From: Laetmonice hystrix
Taxonomy: Eukaryota
Assembly (NCBI GenBank): GCA_965235115.1
Contig: OZ249440.1
Location: forward strand, 34,846,001 to 34,910,000
Length of the DNA stretch: 64,000 bases
Direction: 5' to 3'
Position 1 is the first letter of the stretch, and every line of letters starts with the position of its first letter. Below are positions 60,805 through 64,000 of this stretch, piece by piece. The notes below the pieces were generated by a model. That model worked only from the letters and a program-made list of their open reading frames with translations. It did not search any database and had not been told where the DNA came from. A program made the translations under genes and the position numbers.

Positions 60805-63800
60805 CCCGACAAGGTCTCATTTAAGGGCTATCAGTCTTTCTTTGGTTTTGCACCAGATGGTGACCGTGCTGCTGGCGGCACTGCCATTCTGGTTCGACAA
60901 GACCTAATCAATAGCCCTGTTACAATAGACACACCGTTACAAGCAATAGCCATACGCCTAACTCTGCATAAAGCCATCACTATCTGCTCCATATACATTC
61001 CTCCCAACAGTAACTTGGCCCACCAGGATCTTGATGATCTAGTGGGTCAACTGCCAACTCCATATCTCCTCTTGGGAGATTTTAATGGCCACAATCCCTT
61101 ATGGTGGCACCACAACTGATGGCAAGGGCAAGAAGATTGAAGAGTTCATTGATAATCATGCTCTATGCATTTTTAATGATGGTTCAAACACATACTTACA
61201 TCCCGGTCATGGCACCTATACAGCCATTGACCTTGCAATAGCTGAACCAGATCTGCTGCTGGATTTCTCCTGGAGGGTCTGGGACGACCTTTGCGGGAGT
61301 GACCACTTTCCAACCATACTTGCATATGAAGGGCCTGACATGGGGGAAAACAACAAAGGTGGCAACTTAAAAAGGCCGACTGGCACTCCTTCCAGACCCT
61401 CTGCCGGGAGGAATTCACAGCAGACAACATTAACGATCCTGATGCAATGGAGCATTTTACCTCACTTTTGATCTCCATTGCAGACAATTCCTAAAACCTC
61501 GACAATTCCTAAACATGTCTCAAATCCATGGTTTGATAATGAATGCAAGCAAGCAATTAAAGACCGGAAAAAGGCAGAACGCCTTTTCAACAGACATCCA
61601 ACTGCAGTAAACCTCACTAATTATAAAATCATGAGAGCAAGGGCACGCCGTATCTGTAAAGAGAGACGGAGGCAGAGCTGGAGAGACTACGTCTCCAGCC
61701 TGACCTCTCGTACTCCCATCAAAAAAATCTGGAACATGATACGGAAACTTAAAGGCAAGGGAGGTGGTACTGGAGTCCAACACTTAAAACATCAAGACAC
61801 CTTACTAACCACCACAGATGCAATAGCAAACAAACTGGCTGATACCTTTCAAACAAACTCCCCCTCCAGGAACTGCCTCCCTCAATTCCAAGCCATTCGT
61901 GCTCATAAAGAGAAAAGAAAACTAAACTTTAACTCTGACAACAGAGAAGAGTATAACCAACTCTTCTCCATTGAAGAACTAAGATGCTTTCTTAAAAAAA
62001 TCACACGACACTGCAGTTGGACCTGATAAAATACATTACCAATTCCTAAAACATTTACCCGACACCACACTTCTCATCCTTCTCCACTTTTTCAACAATA
62101 TTTGGACAACTGGTAATATTCCACTTTCCTGGCAAGAAGCAATAATCATTCCCATCCCAAAACCAGGAAAAGACCATAGTGAAGCTAACAATTACAGACC
62201 AATAGCCCTAACAAGTTTCTTGTGTAAAACCATGGAGAGAATGATTAATGATCGCCTCGTCTGGAAGCTGGAGTCTGAGCAACTCATCACTGAGTTTCAG
62301 TGCGGCTTCCGGCGAGGGAGAAGTACTCTCGATCATCTCATTAGACTCGAGACATACATCCGAGATGCTTTTATCAACCGTGAACATGATGTTGCTGTCT
62401 TTTTTGACCTAGAAAAGGCATACGACACAACATGGAAGTACGGCATTTTAAAAGATTTGCATGATATGGGTTTTAGGGGGCGTTTGCCCATTTTCATATC
62501 TCGATTTTTATCGAACAGACACTTTCAAGTCAGAGTAGGCACTACCCTCTCTGACTTGCATGACCAAGAATTAGGTGTGCCTCAGGGAAGCATTTTGTCT
62601 GTTACCCTTTTTAGTCTTAAGATCAACAGCATTGTTAACTCGGTTAAAACTGGCATGCCCTGCAGCCTGTTTGTTGATGACTTTAACGTCTGCTGCAGAG
62701 GCAAAAACATGAATGCCATTAAAAGACAACTCCAACTCTGTCTTAATAGAATCCATACTTGGTCGGTGGAAAATGGTTTTAAGTTTTCCAAATCTAAAAC
62801 GGTCTGCATGCACTTTTGCAAGCTGCGTGCCTTCCATCTTGACCCCGCGTTGACAATGGATGGAGATCCCGTCAAAGTTGTCAAAGAGACAAAGTTTCTA
62901 GGTCTCACTTTTGACAGCAAGCTGTCTTTTATTCCACACATTAAATCGCTAAAATCCAGATGCCTTAAGGCTCTGGATGTTCTCAAGGTTTTATCTGGCA
63001 CAAACTGGGGGGCAGACAGTACAGTCCTTTTACAACTGTACAGAGCTTTAATCCGGTCGAAGCTCGATTACGGCAGCATAGTTTACGGCTCTGCTTGTAA
63101 GTCTTACATACGGCTTTTGGACACGGTTCACCACCAGGGTTTGCGGCTTTCACTTGGGGCTTTTAGAACGTCTCCTGTTCAGAGCCTCTATGTGGAGGCC
63201 AGAGAGCCCTCGCTTTATAACAGGCGTCTGAAGCTGGCTCTGCAGTATGCAGTCAAGCTCAGGACAAACAGTTCAAATCCAGCTTACAATTGCGTTTTTC
63301 ACCCTCAGTTTCAGCATTGATATGGAAGAAAGGAAACGTACATACGTCCTTTTGGACTGAGGGTGAAACCTCATCTAGAGGAACTGGATGTTGATCTGAA
63401 CGTCCTGGGGCAGACACACTTTTGCAATATCCCTCCTTGGGACCTAGAAAAGCCTGATGTCATCCTTCAGTTGCCTCAACTGAAGAAATCGGAGACTCGT
63501 CCCCTGACATATTTTGACCATTTCCTTGACGTCCAGGCAAGGTATCCGTCTCATTATGCCTTCTATACTGGCTCAAAGGATGGCAGTGATGTGTCTGCGG
63601 CAGCAGTTCATGGCAAGCACAACTTCGGCACCCGCATCTCAGGGCAAAGTTCCATCTTCTCAGCAGAGGCCCGGGCCCTGCTTCTTGCCCTTCAAAATAT
63701 TGAAGTTTCTGGCAAAAAGGACTTCCTCATTTTCTCGGATTCCTTATCCTGTCTGCAAGCACTTGCTAACTTGAAGACAGATCACCCAGCGATCGTCCAA

Positions 63801-64000
63801 ATCTTGTCCAAGTTGGCAGTGCTTGCCAATGCAAACTTTGATATTCACTTTTGCTGGGTGCCCGGCCTTGGCATACCGGGCAATGAGCAAGGCGACAGAA
63901 CTGCCAAGAGAGCGCTCGATACAGACGTTGACCCATGTCCAATCCCAGCCTCTGACCTCAGACCTACCATCTGGGCTTATGTTAAGAACAGCTGGCAGGC
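60805..64000 (+). mobile_element. Decayed, 5'-truncated LINE copy running off the window
   Basis: ORF2 homology from the APE domain to RNase H, broken by frameshifts (~61105, ~61350, ~62000, ~63570) and a stop at 63320. Confidence 0.95.

Overview
Eukaryotic, repeat-saturated window, most likely from a marine invertebrate. No conventional host gene, rRNA, tRNA or CRISPR could be supported. The dominant element is an I-group (Nimb-like) non-LTR retrotransposon. One copy is intact and full length (45744-51373, 11-bp TSD, gag-like ORF1 plus APE-RT-RNase H ORF2, (CACT)n tail). About 15 further truncated or decayed pieces are present, almost all on the + strand. Other elements I could delimit: a 9.4-kb hAT-like (hATw-type) DNA transposon with 15-bp TIRs and a 7-bp TSD inserted into a related transposase gene; an L1/Tx1-type ORF2 split by a TTAA-flanked Kolobok-type element; a 2-kb Sola-like TIR element; and several MITEs. 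There are also remnants of Merlin, MULE, Harbinger, Academ-like, Gypsy and tyrosine-recombinase genes. The most unusual observation is an intronless SGNH-hydrolase gene (59782-60361, minus strand, one frameshift) with CCAAT and TATA boxes and a histone-mRNA-type 3' stem-loop plus downstream purine element. All family names come from motif recognition by eye, not from database searches.
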